This document shows positions 1 through 12,828 of a stretch of DNA of 64,000 nucleotides, piece after piece. Each line of letters opens with the position of its first letter. Position 1 is the first letter of the stretch. The notes below the pieces were generated by a model. That model was given only the letters and a program-made list of their open reading frames with translations, had not been told where the DNA came from and ran no database searches. Location of the stretch: positions 39,246,001 to 39,310,000 of the forward strand of contig NC_043013.1 in NCBI RefSeq assembly GCF_006345805.1, in the 5' to 3' direction. Position numbers and translations under genes: made by a program. The stretch is from Octopus sinensis (Eukaryota).

Positions 1-430
1 CCCGGAGATCAATAGAAGAACAGGGCTTGGTTGGGCAGTTTTGGGGAAGGTGGGAAACTTCATGAGCAGTCTTAAGGATTCCATGAAAATTAAAAGAAGA
101 ATCTTCAACGAGCACATCCTGTCAGTGATGACTTACAGCAGTGAAACGTAGGTTTTCACAACCCTCATTGTAGCCCAACGGAAAATGTGACGAATCATGG
201 TCGGTTTTATATTGCTGGACAAGAAAACCATCGCCTGGATACAACAGCACAAGAGAGTAAACGAGAGCATTAGGACCACCAAGAAGGACATATTTAGATA
301 GGCTGGCCATATCGCCAGACTGAAGTTCAACAGGTGGACAATCATGGTGACGAAATGTACGCGAATACAATGGACAAGGTTAAGAGGTCGACCAAAGAAG
401 ACAAGATAGCGAGGGGCTTACATAGGAACA
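1..430 (+). mobile_element. Decayed RTE-type LINE, C-terminal RT region
   Basis: Reads EINRRTGLGWAVLGK…FNEHILSVMTYSSET and AGHIAR…NRWT…RGRP, with stops. Confidence 0.7.
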
Positions 431-786
431 ACTGACCAGAGATAAATGATGTTGGAAGGAGACCAGGGATTCTTCCTTCAGGACTGATGAAGCCTAGGAA
501 CTGGAAGCGAAATACACGTTTGGCTAAACTAGAGGCTCATAGAATACCGTCTTGGAATCTTTGCATTAGGGAGATTAGGAAAAGGAAGAAATAAATTTCT
601 CCAACATACAATTATTATATACTTCCACTGACAAAAATATTACTGAAAACAACCGTAATCATTTTTATGCGCAAGAATAAAGTAAAATAAATTGAGTTGT
701 GGCTGAAATCCACACTTGAAATCCAAAATATTGATGTCAACGTCACGTTTACATGAATAGAACATTCTGGAGAAATCTCTTCGGGG

Positions 787-983
787 TCAGTAGAAAGCTT
801 TAAGGGAACATTTCTCATTTACATACGTGAAGCCGATACATTTTGTATGTAAATCACAAGAAGCGGCACAGGAGATTCTGCTTTGGAATGCATATTTTTG
901 GCCCCATATTGTTTTTGTAAAAGCCTTTAAGTTCCGTTCCCTTCTATATCTGCCGGTCTGTGTCACATCAGTTTGGATTCCCG
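787..983 (-). CDS. Gene X terminal exon A: truncated PAN/apple-like module (…SRISCAASCDLHTKCIGFTYVNEKCSLKAFY*)
   Basis: Pyrimidine-rich acceptor (ttttttctttacgtag) with AG at 985-984, phase 1. CxxxC-x5-C-x2-F-x-Y-x4-C pattern. The paralog at 31454-31650 has the same 197-nt length and the same stop position. Confidence 0.8.
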
Positions 984-1137
984 CTACGTAAAGAAAAAAA
1001 CAAAAACGAATATGAAAGTTAATTAACATTCTACCATAGTTTTGTATTTATGATGGTGCAAGTAAATTTATGTTTGTGAACATATATATGCATGAATATG
1101 TTTGTATGGATTAATAAATATTAAATAAATAAATAAA

Positions 1138-1392
1138 TAAATAAATGCGCCCTTTTAAAGCCTAGTCAGGCCCATGGGCCCGGTTTCCCGGTTTCTGTGG
1201 CGTATGTGTTCCCCAGTTGGACGGGACGCCAGTCCATCGCAGCGTTACTCATTTTTTGCCAGTTGAATGGACTGGAGCAACGTGAAATGAAGTGTTTTGC
1301 TCAAGAACACAACGCGTCGCCCGGTCCAGGAATCGAAACCACAATCTTACAATCATGATGCTGGCACCCCAAACCACTAAGGCGCGCCTCCA
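1138..1392 (-). mobile_element. tRNA-derived SINE with CORE-like middle and (TTTA)n tail
   Basis: Minus-strand A box (TAGTGGTTTGG), B box (GTTTCGATTCC) and gtgttcttgagcaaaacactt core. A degraded relative is at ~3030-3225. Confidence 0.75.
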
Positions 1393-1440
1393 CTTAATAA
1401 ATATTACGTTATATATATTAGAAGTAAGTGCAATATGATA

Positions 1441-1850
1441 CTAATTGGCAGAGTTCGAATGGCTGACGGGTTTTGAGAGAGCATTTAAAAGTTGATTCGT
1501 ACACAGAGGAATAGAAAAGGAAAAGTGCGATGGCTTTGGGTTTGTTAAGGATTGTTTAAGGATTATAAGCGAGAAACCAATAAGATGAGTGAGCGTGTTT
1601 GATGAGTGAGCGTGACTAATGGTACTTTCACAACTGTTGTGTGCGCATGTAAGTTGATGGAGCTGGAATGGTACGGTGGAAAAGGATAGAAATGTTGTTC
1701 CCAGTGTGAAACTGGATGCCAAATTAAAGATATTCTCTGCGAGACTACTTGCTCACTGAACCATGTGTGTTGGGAAATGGAGCGGAAAATGGTTTCTGAT
1801 AGGGTACTACTAGGAATTTTTATCAATAAAAGAAAAATGCATTCCTCGAT
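1441..1850 (-). mobile_element. Decayed CR1/Jockey-like LINE fragment
   Basis: Homologous to the 5' part of the LINE at 31850-33290. Confidence 0.5.
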
Positions 1851-3313
1851 TCTTAGAACCCATTGGATAGTTATCCATGGATTTATACATATTCATCAAT
1901 GCATAATGCACACACACAAACACACACAAACACACACACACACACACAAACACACACAACACACACACACACAACACACACACACACACACACGCACAAG
2001 TATCCATGTATTTACGTGTGTAACTATGTATGTATGTGTATACAAAGATTCACAAGTATGCGTGAGTGTATATTTTGCACTAGTAAACCGGTGCTGGTAA
2101 ACCCACCAAAAAACTATCTTTACAATGTTCTTTACATATTTATTTTGTATCTAGTTATAGACGCTCCCTTGTCTTTCTCACAAGCACAGATGCAATGAAC
2201 AAGTTATTACCCATTGGAAACCCGTAATTAATGATGCTATTGGTCAGTATGTAGGGCCCCTCAGTTAAAGATGTTCGTGCATTTTCAGGATTGAACAAGA
2301 CTTGTTTTGAGAAAAACAAGCAGTTACAAATTCAAGCAATATTCCTCCCTTAGTGCTACCAATGTTTATTCAAGAGAAAGGCAACCAAGTGCCGAAAAAC
2401 TGAAATGGAACCGGGATTATTATCACAAAATATTTCACCGGTCCCCATGTCAGTTCTGCTAAGCCGCTGCCCTCGATTGGCGCCTTTTTTTTTGATTTCG
2501 AAAAGATGAAAGGCTAAGTTGAATTTGGCGGGATTTTAAATATGAGAATGATGCATTCTACCCAGGATTTAAAGATGCTGACATTTCCCCAACCATATGG
2601 TACGGTTTTGGCTTCACAATAAGATCGTATATTCTCTTCATGTATGACGCCGTATGTTTTGTCCCAGAGCAAGGTACTTCATAACGCGCATAAATTAGTG
2701 CTGACGTAACCCTTTCTCTCTCTCTTTTCCCCTGTCCCTTTCTGTCTCTCTCTCTCTCCCTCTCCCTATCCCCCTCTCTCTCTGGTTATCTCTTTGCCTT
2801 TCACATACTCCATGTTTATATTTGCTCGCAACTACCCCGGAACTTGAAACAACTAGCGAAAACTTGTTACATGCTACCAGGTCACATTTGCTTGACAGTG
2901 ACTGCTATGGTATTCTTTATAAGCTTACTTAGCACTTATGTCTGATTTGAGCCATGGGACCCACAAGGCTGCAGATTAACCTGTCTTTTTTTTCTAGTCA
3001 TATGAGAGAACAAGATTACAACATCCCCATGAACTGGACGCTGTTACTTCGCACATTTAACTTCCCATATGTTGCTGCAACTGATTTACACTAGAGTGAA
3101 CTGGAGCACTGCCATTTAAAATATGTTGTTCAAGAACTCATCGCTTTGCCCGACCGGGAATCGAAACAAGAACCTTACGATTGTGATTGCAACACCCTAA
3201 CTATTAAGCCAAGCGCTTTTGATATTGCGTTATAAAATAGATAAATAAAAACTCACTGCAAAACAAACAAATAAATAAATAAAATGTAACCGCTGTGAAA
3301 ATATATTATTTAC

Positions 3314-3406
3314 CGATTTTAAAGTAAATCATACGTAAATTTTTCAAAGCGCAGTTTTTAGGTGATACAATACCATCTTGATTATACTTTTCTTCGAACT
3401 TGTAGG
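3314..3406 (-). CDS. Gene X linker exon E (YKFEEKYNQDGIVSPKNCALKNLRMIYFKI), single Cys
   Basis: ttttcttttag acceptor and GTAAAT donor, 93 nt, phase 1-1, open. Conserved in length and frame at 35336-35428. Confidence 0.7.
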
Positions 3407-3964
3407 CTAAAAGAAAAGCACGAAATACATATATTTACTGATATCGTTACACAAACATTTGTATCTATGCAAACCATATATCCTCATATATATTCTTTTA
3501 CTCCAATGAATTTATATTACAGGATTCAGTCAATGTATTGCAAACATTTAGTTGACCTGCATCTACCTCGTATGACACAATTTAAACGTTTTCCTTTTAT
3601 AGTTATTATCTTTATGAGAACATAAAGGTAAACATACACCATGTACACACATAGATACATTATGTGTGTAGGCATATAATTTTCTCTGCTGTTACTGCAG
3701 TGAAATTGCCTTTTAGCAGCAGTTGAAATACGCACAATCATATTTTAACTAACCTAAACTTTGATTACGCCTAAACATTGCTTGGCGCTAATATTTCGGT
3801 TATATATATATAAATTAGAGAGAAAACACTATTATGCAATTCAAACGGTGATAGACATAAACCAAATCATAAATAAAGAATAAAATATATTATATTGTGA
3901 AATTTGATTTAATACTAAAATTAATTTTTCCCTGTAAGTTTGGAGTTATACTCCCTAATATATA

Positions 3965-4606
3965 TAATGTAGGATAAAATTTTCGAAAAATTTCTATCAA
4001 TGGCCAGCATATTAAAAATACCTCTAAAGGTTAAATTTATAAACAATTTATGAGTAAGGGCAAAACAAAAATTTCTAATGCCAAAATATAACGAAAATAG
4101 ACATAACATCAATAACCATGTAAATTATCACTACAAGCACGCCGTTCGAAGAAAGCCGACAGAAATTTCCAAAAAATCCCGTTATTACCATATCAGACCC
4201 GATTTCAGAGTTAGTTCGTAAGAACCTTCCCTTCATCAGTGATAAATGCGGCTGTGCTCATGACTTAGTGTTCGCTTCTTCCATGGGTATAAGAAAGTAT
4301 TTCACTTATTTCTTTGCCGCATTTATCACTGATGAAGGGAAGGTTCTTATGAACTAACTCTGAAATCGGGTCCGATATGGTAATAACGGGACTTTTTTGA
4401 AATTTCTGTCGGCTTTCTTCGAAACGCGTGCTTGTAGTGAGAAATTACACGGTTGTTGACGTTGTATCTATTTTCGGCATATTTTGGCATTAGGAATTTT
4501 TTCTTTTGCCCTCACTAACAAATTGTTTATAAATTTAACCTTTAAAGATATTTTTTAATATACTGGCCATTGATAGAAATTTTTCGAAAAATTTTATCCT
4601 ACATTA
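3965..4606. repeat. Inverted repeat, arms 3965-4252 and 4316-4606, plus a third direct copy at ~4730-4965
   Basis: Direct reverse-complement match with roughly 85-90% identity by eye. Confidence 0.9.
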
Positions 4607-5017
4607 GATGTAAATTTAATAGTGTTCACTTCCAGACTCTCTCACTTGACGAGAGTTTTTAGTTCGAATCGCACGTGCCTCGAGATGGGCTAGAGAGTTT
4701 CTATTTTGGATATATTTGGGGTACATAATTGTGCTCATGACTTAGTGTTCGCTTCTTCCATGGGTGTAAGTAAGTATTTCACATATTTTTTTGCCGCATT
4801 TATCACTGATGAAGTGAAGGTTCTTATGAACTAACTCTGAAATAGGGTCCGATATGGTAATAACGGGATCTTTTTAGAAATTTCTGTCGGCTTTCTTCGA
4901 AACGCGTGTTTGTAGTGATAAATTACATGGGTATTGACGTTGCGTCTATTTTCGGTTATTGACGTTCTGTCGTTTTTCCCTCTTTATTTAGACCCCTGTG
5001 GGCAATAAAGAAATAAA

Positions 5018-5183
5018 TATATCTTATGTGCTATATATTATTCTGTAGAAAAATAATTCAATATCATATGTATGGCTGTGTGGTTAAAAGTTCATTGTGC
5101 AGCTAACGAGAACCACCTCGAGGAAGTATGTGCTACTGTAGGCCACGGATGCCAAATGGTTTCTGAGTGAAATTATGCAATGA

Positions 5184-5251
<68 letters not shown>

Positions 5252-5477
5252 CATACACTCATACCTACATATACACATCTCCATATACACGATCAGATTC
5301 TGTGAGGTTTCTCATTGCATAATTTCACTCAGAAACCATTTGGCAGCCGAGGTCTACAGTAGCACATACTTCCTCGAGGTGGCTCTCTTTAGCTGCACAA
5401 TGAACTTCTAACCACACAGCCACACATATGATATTGAATTATTTTTCTACAGAATAATATATAGCACATACGATATA
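5018..5477. repeat. Inverted repeat, arms ~5018-5186 and 5309-5477, with (TA)n in the spacer
   Basis: Reverse-complement match. Confidence 0.9.
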
Positions 5478-5480
5478 AAG

Positions 5481-5862
5481 AGGGAAACACGAGGATAGAC
5501 AAAGGGATTAAGTCGATTACATTGATCCCAGTTCGTAGCTGGTACTTATTTTATCGACCCCGAAAGGATGAATGGCTAGGTCGACCTCGGTGGAATTTGA
5601 ACTCGGAACGAAATACCGACGGACGAAATACCTACTTCTTTACTGCCCACAAGGGGTTACACACAGAGGGGACAAACAAGGACAGACAAACGGATTAAGT
5701 CGATTATATCGACTGCAGGGCGTAGCTGGTACTTATTTAATCGACCCCGAAAGAATGAAAGGCAAAGTCGACCTCGGCGGAATTTGAACTCAGAACGTAG
5801 CGGCAGACAAAATACGGCTACGCATTTCGCCCGGCGTGCTGATGATTCTGCCAGCTCGCCGC
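5481..5862 (-). mobile_element. Octopus-type tRNA-derived SINE, partial tandem dimer
   Basis: Head ggcgagctggcagaa…gagttcaaattccgccgaggtcgac. The same family occurs at 9656-10095, 12421-12546, 15333-15715, 35500-35676 and 36655-36790. Confidence 0.85.
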
Positions 5863-5915
5863 TCTGAGCACACACGACATATTACTGAGTTAGAGGTAAA
5901 TTAATATCGACTCAC

Positions 5916-6143
5916 ATTTTATGAATTCCATATATAGCCAGTCATTTTGGCTCACGGTAACTGTGGCATTGAGAGATGTATAACTGGTCATGCTGCAGAG
6001 GCTTGAATTTAAGTTGTATGTGACAGCATTGCACTGAGTTTCGTTATAGCAACTCTGTATGCAATCAAATAATGGTTTAACTTGCTCAGATGTAGAATTA
6101 TGTTCATCCAATTTCGCGCCATAAATGACACTTACTGGACACG
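5916..6143 (-). CDS. Gene X exon B: PAN/apple-like module (CPVSVIYGAKL…DCIQSCYNETQCNAVTYNLNSSLCSM…WLYMEFIK)
   Basis: ttacag acceptor and GTGAGT donor, 228 nt, phase 1-1, PAN-type Cys spacing. Lies within ORF 5890-6180. Confidence 0.85.
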
Positions 6144-6601
6144 CTGTAATAATGTAATAAAAGATATAAATGTTATTCATTTAAATGAGAAGTACTGTAA
6201 GGTATTGTAGTAAACATGGTATGCAGCTAGATTTTATTACAAACACAGCCATATCTATAGATGTCTCAAGATGTCTGACTCACCTTTCCGTCACAAAATA
6301 TAACTTACCTAACTTAGGTAAGTTATATTTTTTTACTTAGTTTATTCTGCTCCTTTAAGATAAGAATTACAACCGCAATTGTGAAGATATTCTTCACATT
6401 AATGTTTGTAATTCTTATCGTAAAGATGAAAATATGTCAAACAATTGGTACTATTTCGATTCAGCTCTCTTATATTCCATTTGGTCGGGCAGCACGAGAC
6501 ATCAGACCAGCGGGATAGGCAAAAAGCAGAACATGATTTGCATATTCTGCTAGGAAAATCGAGCAGCCCGACGAAATTGTGTCCAAACAGAACACATACC
6601 A

Positions 6602-6907
6602 TGTAGTAAAGATTGTTTACCAACATAACATGGCAGTCCCAGTTTAGGACTAATGTTGCAAATTAGCCTCAGGAGACATCGTCTCCAGCTGGCTATACGA
6701 CACGATCTGGGAAATAACCCAGAAATCGAGATACACAGATATTGTTTTTGAGCTGAGTGGTGGTGCTAGATTCCCTTGTTCGAAAATATAAGGACACAGA
6801 TCGTGTCGTATAGCTAGCTGGAGACGATGTCTCCTGGGGCTAAATTACAGCAACATTAGTCCTAAACCAGGACTGCCATGTTACGCTGGCAAACAATCTT
6901 TACTACA
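6602..6907. repeat. Inverted repeat, arms 6602-6708 and 6798-6907 (duplicated at ~13287-13592)
   Basis: Reverse-complement match. Confidence 0.9.
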
Positions 6908-7954
6908 AAGTAGTGTGACTGAATATCTCACGTTGTGAGATTTAGAAACAGTAATTTTCTAAGGGTACATACCAGTTTCTGAGTATAGTCTTTGGTTGGA
7001 TACGAAATTCAAACAATGATAACTCATAATGTTGTGAAGCAACCTGGAACCGAATGAGTTCTGACGGCTTCGAAGTGCTCAGGACAGCGTCTAAGCTTCG
7101 CAACCGTTGAGCAAGAGGAGTACAAACGACCTAAAGACCCGCACATTTGACCTCCTACTCAGACATTTGAAGCGCCAATCTCCCTTGCCCAGTGAGTCCC
7201 CAACTGCACCAATAGGTCAAAATATTTTGAAGACTTCGGACACGCAGATAATGCTGCTATGAATCACACTGCTGAGATAACTGAAGCAGTCGACAACTTC
7301 GACGTCCTTTCCTGCAACAGAAGGACAAGATGGAGTCTCACAGGAAGCCAACGATACATTGGGTCTTCTTGAGCCAAGAAACTCTCAGATCGAGTTTTCG
7401 TTTCCTCACGCAGTGAAAGAAAAGCACATTTTTAGTTATTTAGACACTCCACAAGAATAAGCACACTATCTAGGCCAGTAATCCTAGTTTCACAATATAT
7501 ACGTCATTAATCTTAGCTTTACCAATGAATATTCCATTCGGTCAATTATCCAGTCCTTGCAGAGTTTGAAGCGAGCGAGATTCGAAACACAACCGTGACG
7601 GACCCCGGATCTAACTCGGAAAAAGTCAGATGATGAGCAACCAATCCGAACTCTTCTCACAGCTTCAGTTTAACACACCGCTGCTGGCCCAACCATTCTT
7701 GCATGTATTCCTAGCAGTTCCCCAAACTCCATAACATATTCCTGTCCATCAAGAGAAACGCCATACAGCAGTGGATATATGCTGCATGCGGCCCTCGCCG
7801 AAAACTTTGCCTACGTTTGATGAGAACTGGAAAAAGTAGTTACAAAAACCTGCTTGTTTTAATGGGTACCCTTACAGCTCCTACCTTCTGTATAATTCCT
7901 GCGATCATTCCCTGACAAAAAAGGCGTCTACGACGAGCAGGGAAAGAATCAACT

Positions 7955-8106
7955 GACAAGCAAATCTGTGGTATTGAGCAGAATATTTGCTGTAGCCCAT
8001 CTTTTATACCAAGACAAAACAATGTAAATGATAACACTTCCAATCAGTTAAGATAAGAAGCCACGAGAGCCACGAGAGCCACTGCCTGGTATTGCATCAG
8101 GTTAAT

Positions 8107-8193
<87 letters not shown>

Positions 8194-8751
8194 GAGTGAG
8201 TGAGAGAGCAGTTCATGCCATCAAAGTGACACTGGGGTAAAATATACGAAGCCCAATATACCCATCATGACTACACGTCTGATAAGGGTACACCAGGCAC
8301 GTGCATCACAACCATATGTGCGCGACATGGTGATCTCATATCAAGATAAACAGCACATGACCTTGCAGGTGGGGCCCCAGTTAGAATCTTCTTCAGGTTG
8401 AGTAGCCTATCCTGCTCAAAAGGTCCCTGAATAAGGGTTGTTTAAGGATGTTGAAAGAACCACCCATGTTTCCAGAGGTGAATTATTCAAACCCCAAAGA
8501 ATCCCTCTCAACACACGGCTATGATGCTCCCCCACTACTTCTGCTCGTGATCAGAGATGCACATATCGTCAGCCACTAAGGGACATGCTCAACCTGTTAA
8601 GGTCAAACAACTGGCAAGCAAATCTGTGGTATTGAGCAGAATATTTGCTGTAGCCCATCTTTTATACCAAGACAAAACAATGAACATGATAACACTGCCA
8701 ATCAGTTAAGATCAGAAGCCATGAGAGTCACTGCTGGTATTGCATCAGGGC

Positions 8752-8752
<1 letters not shown>
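7955..8752. mobile_element. Unclassified interspersed repeat flanked by (ATT)n, with internal partial duplication
   Basis: 7955-8100 is repeated at 8610-8750. The segment is absent from the duplicate at 14630-14655, so it is an insertion or deletion postdating the duplication. Confidence 0.55.
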
Positions 8753-8831
<79 letters not shown>

Positions 8832-9128
8832 TTTGACTTTTGCTTTGTATTTGTACCACTTGACTCACCCAGAGACCTCAAGAGACAACAAGTTAGAAGT
8901 TCAAGTTGGTGTTATGCCTAGGGTGTCATGTATTTGGTTTTGCACATAGTATTGTTCTAGAGAATGTTTAAGAAAAAATAAGAAAATTCTGTGTTTCTTT
9001 TAAAATTTGAGATTACATAGACATTATCTCACGTAGGATATGGACAGTTTCCATGAGCACTATCTTTTGAATTTCTGCCATTTTGTGGTTCCCTGGTATC
9101 TGAGCTAATATTATTATTATTATTATCA

Positions 9129-9198
<70 letters not shown>

Positions 9199-9200
9199 CT

Positions 9201-9237
<37 letters not shown>

Positions 9238-9246
9238 CATATTTAC

Positions 9247-9501
9247 CAGATTTACCAGGATCGGACTGATAGAAGTCCGCATTTGAGGTTGTTATTAATC
9301 TGCGTGTTGCTGTCGTTCTTTTATAAAGTTCACATGTCTCCTCCGAGTGGTAGAATACGAATGAATTACACTCATGTTTCAGGTAACACAATCCTGCACA
9401 CATTTCGCTATCGTTCACCTGTCTCTTCTGAAAGTAAGCTTCCTCAATTGTAGCGTTGGTGACTTTGATAAATTTACTTCGATTATAATATGACTCGTCA
9501 C
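9247..9501 (-). CDS. Gene X exon C: PAN/apple-like module (…NDSEMCAGLCYLKHECNSFVFYHSEETCELY…)
   Basis: tttcttacaaag acceptor and GTAAAT donor (alternative in-frame donor at 9256), 255 nt, phase 1-1. CxxxC…C..F.F….C.L signature. Confidence 0.85.
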
Positions 9502-9655
9502 CTTTGTAAGAAATATAATAAAATGAAACATTGAATACATAAAACTGAAGAAATCCTGATAAGAAAGAAATATAATGGGAAATATTTCAACTTGAAATAA
9601 TAAGTTATGTGTTTTGCAGTCATAGTTTGTCACTGATTTAATATATACGAAAGCA

Positions 9656-10095
9656 AGGCGGCGAGCTGGCTGAAACGTTAGCACGCCAGGCGAAATGCGT
9701 AGCCGTATTTCGTCTGTCGTTACGTTCTGAGTTCAAATTCTGCCGAAGTTGACTTTGCCTTTCATCCATTCGTGGTCGATAAATTAAGTACCAGTCACTC
9801 ACTGGGGTCGATATAATCGACTTAATCCGTTTGTCTGTCCTTGTTTGTCCTCTCTGTGTTTAGCTCCTTATGGGTAGTAAAGAAATAGGTATTTCGTCTG
9901 CCGATACGATCTGAGTTCAAATTCCGCCTTTGAGTTCAAATTCCTCTGAGTTCAAATTCGACTTTGCCTTTCATCCTTTCGGGGTCGATTAAATAAGTAC
10001 CAGCTACGCCCTGCGGTCGATATAATCGACTTTATCCGTTTGTCTGTACTTGTTTGTCCTCTCTATGTGTAGCCCCTTGTGGGCAGTAAAGAAAT
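9656..10095 (+). mobile_element. tRNA-derived SINE tandem array
   Basis: Full head and body followed by a second partial unit with a triplicated tgagttcaaattc. Confidence 0.85.
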
Positions 10096-11329
10096 AAGAA
10101 AATTTAACACGCCGGGGGAAATGCTTAACCGTATTTCATCTGTCTTTACGTTCTGAGCTCAAATTCCGAAGAGGTCGACTTTACCTTTCATCATTCCGGA
10201 GTCGATAAATTAAGTACCAGTTGCGTACTGGGGCCGATCTCCCCAAATATTTCGAGCCTTGTACCTAGAGTAGAAAAGTATATATACGGAAGCTTATATA
10301 AAAAATTTGAATGAAGAATTTTCCATTGTATTATACGGTCAGCGACTAATATTATTATTGTTAATTTTAGTTATATGCAAGTGTGGCTGTGTGGACACAA
10401 GTTTGCTTTTCAACCTCATGCTTCCAGTTCAGTTTCTCTCCGTGGCACCTTGGGCACGTGTCTACTACTATAACTTCGTGTTGACCAAAACTTTGTGAAT
10501 GGATTTGGTTTTCGGAAATAGAAAGAAGCCTGACGTACATATATGTGTGTGGGTGTGGGTGTATATATGGGGTGAGTGTGCATGCGCGCGCGCGCGTGTG
10601 TGTGTGTGAGTTTGTGTGTGCGTGCGTATGTCTTTGTATACGAGTTTGTCCTCCACCATCGCTTGCTGCTTTGCTTACGTACCTGAAACTTAGAGGTTCG
10701 GTAACAGATAACGATAGAATAAGTGTCGGGCTTAATTAAATAAGTCTTGGGTTGTTTGTTTTACTAAACACTTCGAGGCGGTGCCGCAGTATGCCCACGG
10801 TTCAACGACTGAAACAAGTACTTGATAAAAGATGCCAAGACTAGCCCCAAATCGTTCCAATCTCTTTTTTCTCTTAAGTTGCATATGAGAGCCAAAAACA
10901 GATGCGAATATTAGAATTGATAAAGGACAGAGAATCCAGAGATGAGGTCAAGGAGGAGAAATGCCTCAATGAAGGACAAAAGAATACTGTTTAATATTAA
11001 CCAGTATAAGGAGGTTTTTGGAGAACAGCAGAAGGAATACAAATATTTAAAGTGAAGGAGAGACACTCAACAAATCTAAGTGAAACTTATGGCTGGATAT
11101 ATCCAGATAAGAGTGAGGATTGACAGAGAAAGTAGTACCGATGTGTGCGAATACACCGCTTTCCGTAGTCTGAGTAAAGAGTGTGACCAAGGCAACATAT
11201 ATAGGCTACAAGTAAGAGATCATGAGGTACTTATCAAGGCTAACCAAAGATTTGTTAACATCGAGAGATTGAAGAAGCAACGTGCTATCTTCAAATCCTG
11301 ACCTTGAAGGTACTTTCCACCCCAAATGC

Positions 11330-12292
11330 CTTTTGTTCTTATCATATATATATTGTTAGTTGCAAGGGTTCTGCTGGACAGAAATGAAACCCGCCATCGC
11401 TGAAGAACAACTTCCAGAGAGTCAGTGTGTCTTCAGAGCCAACAGGACCACCACGGACATGGCGTTTGTTCTCAGGCAGGACCTAGAAATGTGTCAGAGC
11501 AAAACAAAGGGTTGTATGTAACATTCGTTGACCTGCCTAAAATATTTTATACAACGAGTCGGCAAGGATTATGGCAGATCATGGAGGGACTCGGTTGTAA
11601 ACCAAAGTTCCTGAAAATGCACGAAGACCTGTGCTGCGAAATCAGACTCAGCATTAACCTCTGAGTAACTTCCCCAATCTTAATGATACCGTCTTGATGA
11701 TAGCCTCTATGCCTGACGGCTGTATGTCCATATGAAGACCCTGGAACAACTGATCTAAGACTTCCTGTTTGCCGACGATGTTACCCTTTTTGTCCACATA
11801 GGAAGAGCCTTGCAATATATTCCTTCCTGCTTCACAGAAACTGCCCAGTTCTTTCAGCTAGAAGTCAGCTTAAGGAAGACGTAGGTACTCCACCAGCCTG
11901 CACCTCGAGAAGAGTACCACCCTCCACATATCCTCATTAGCGAGATTGAATTGAAAAGGGTCTATCATTTTACCTATCTGGGATGCACCATCACGCCAGA
12001 GGCCAACATCCACAGAGAAATCGACGACAGAGTTGCGAAGGCGAAAAGTGTATTTGATTTGAACATAGAAACGCGTGTGGTACAATAAACACATGAAAAA
12101 GGGCATCAAAATCAACATTTACAGAGCCAGTCATGGTTCTTACAACCCTCCCATATGGTTCGGACTCGTGGGTCACTTATCGCTACCATCTACGACTCCT
12201 TGAGCGCTTCCAACAGCGTTGCCTCAGCACCATCCTTAACATCTACTGAAGAGATTTCTTCACCAATGTAGAAATCCTTAAACATAAATCCT
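11330..12292 (+). mobile_element. Decayed RTE-BovB-like LINE RT
   Basis: EQNKGLYVTFVDL…GLWQIMEGLGC, LLFADD and FTYLG-like motifs. Copies at 15925-16930 and 53560-54150. Confidence 0.8.
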
Positions 12293-12600
12293 TAAATTAG
12301 TGCTGACGTAACCCTTTTTCTCTCTCTTTTCCCCTGTCCCTTTCTCTCTCTCTCTCTCCCTCTCCCTATCCCCCTCTCTCTCTGGTTATCTCTTTGCCTT
12401 TCACATACTCCATGTTTATATTTAATCGACCCCGAAAGGATGAAAGGCAAAGTCGACCTCGGCGGAATTTGAACTCAGAACGTAGCGGCAGACAAAATAC
12501 GGCTACGCATTTCGCCCGGCGGGCTGATGATTCTGCCAGCTCGCCGCTCTGAGCACACACGACATATTACTGAGTTAGAGGTAAATTAATATCGACTCAC

Positions 12601-12828
12601 ATTTTATGAATTCCATATATAGCCAGTCATTTTGGCTCACGGTAACTGTGGCATTGAGAGATGTATAACTGGTCATGCTGCAGAGGCTTGAATTTAAGTT
12701 GTATGTGACAGCATTGCACTGAGTTTCGTTATAGCAACTCTGTATGCAATCAAATAATGGTTTAACTTGCTCAGATGTAGAATTATGTTCATCCAATTTC
12801 GCGCCATAAATGACACTTACTGGACACG
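12601..12828 (-). CDS. Gene X exon B' (duplicate of exon B)
   Basis: Identical to 5916-6143 on manual comparison, with intact splice sites. The ORF-track translations are also identical. Confidence 0.8.

Noticed and set aside
5100-6708. Hammerhead-like fragments in the 5.0-5.5 kb and 6.6-6.9 kb inverted repeats (CTCGAGGA-AGTA…TACT; CTCAGGA-GAC…GTC)
   Set aside because: There is no GAAA strand or stem I pairing, so they are only hairpins.
9013-9105. Possible small Cys-containing exon after the microsatellite (…SAHGNCPYPT)
   Set aside because: There is a 1-nt frameshift in the duplicate at ~14745 and no counterpart in gene Y.
9656-9730. tRNA-like A/B boxes
   Set aside because: These are SINE heads attached to SINE bodies, and no complete cloverleaf was seen. 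No tRNA genes were called.
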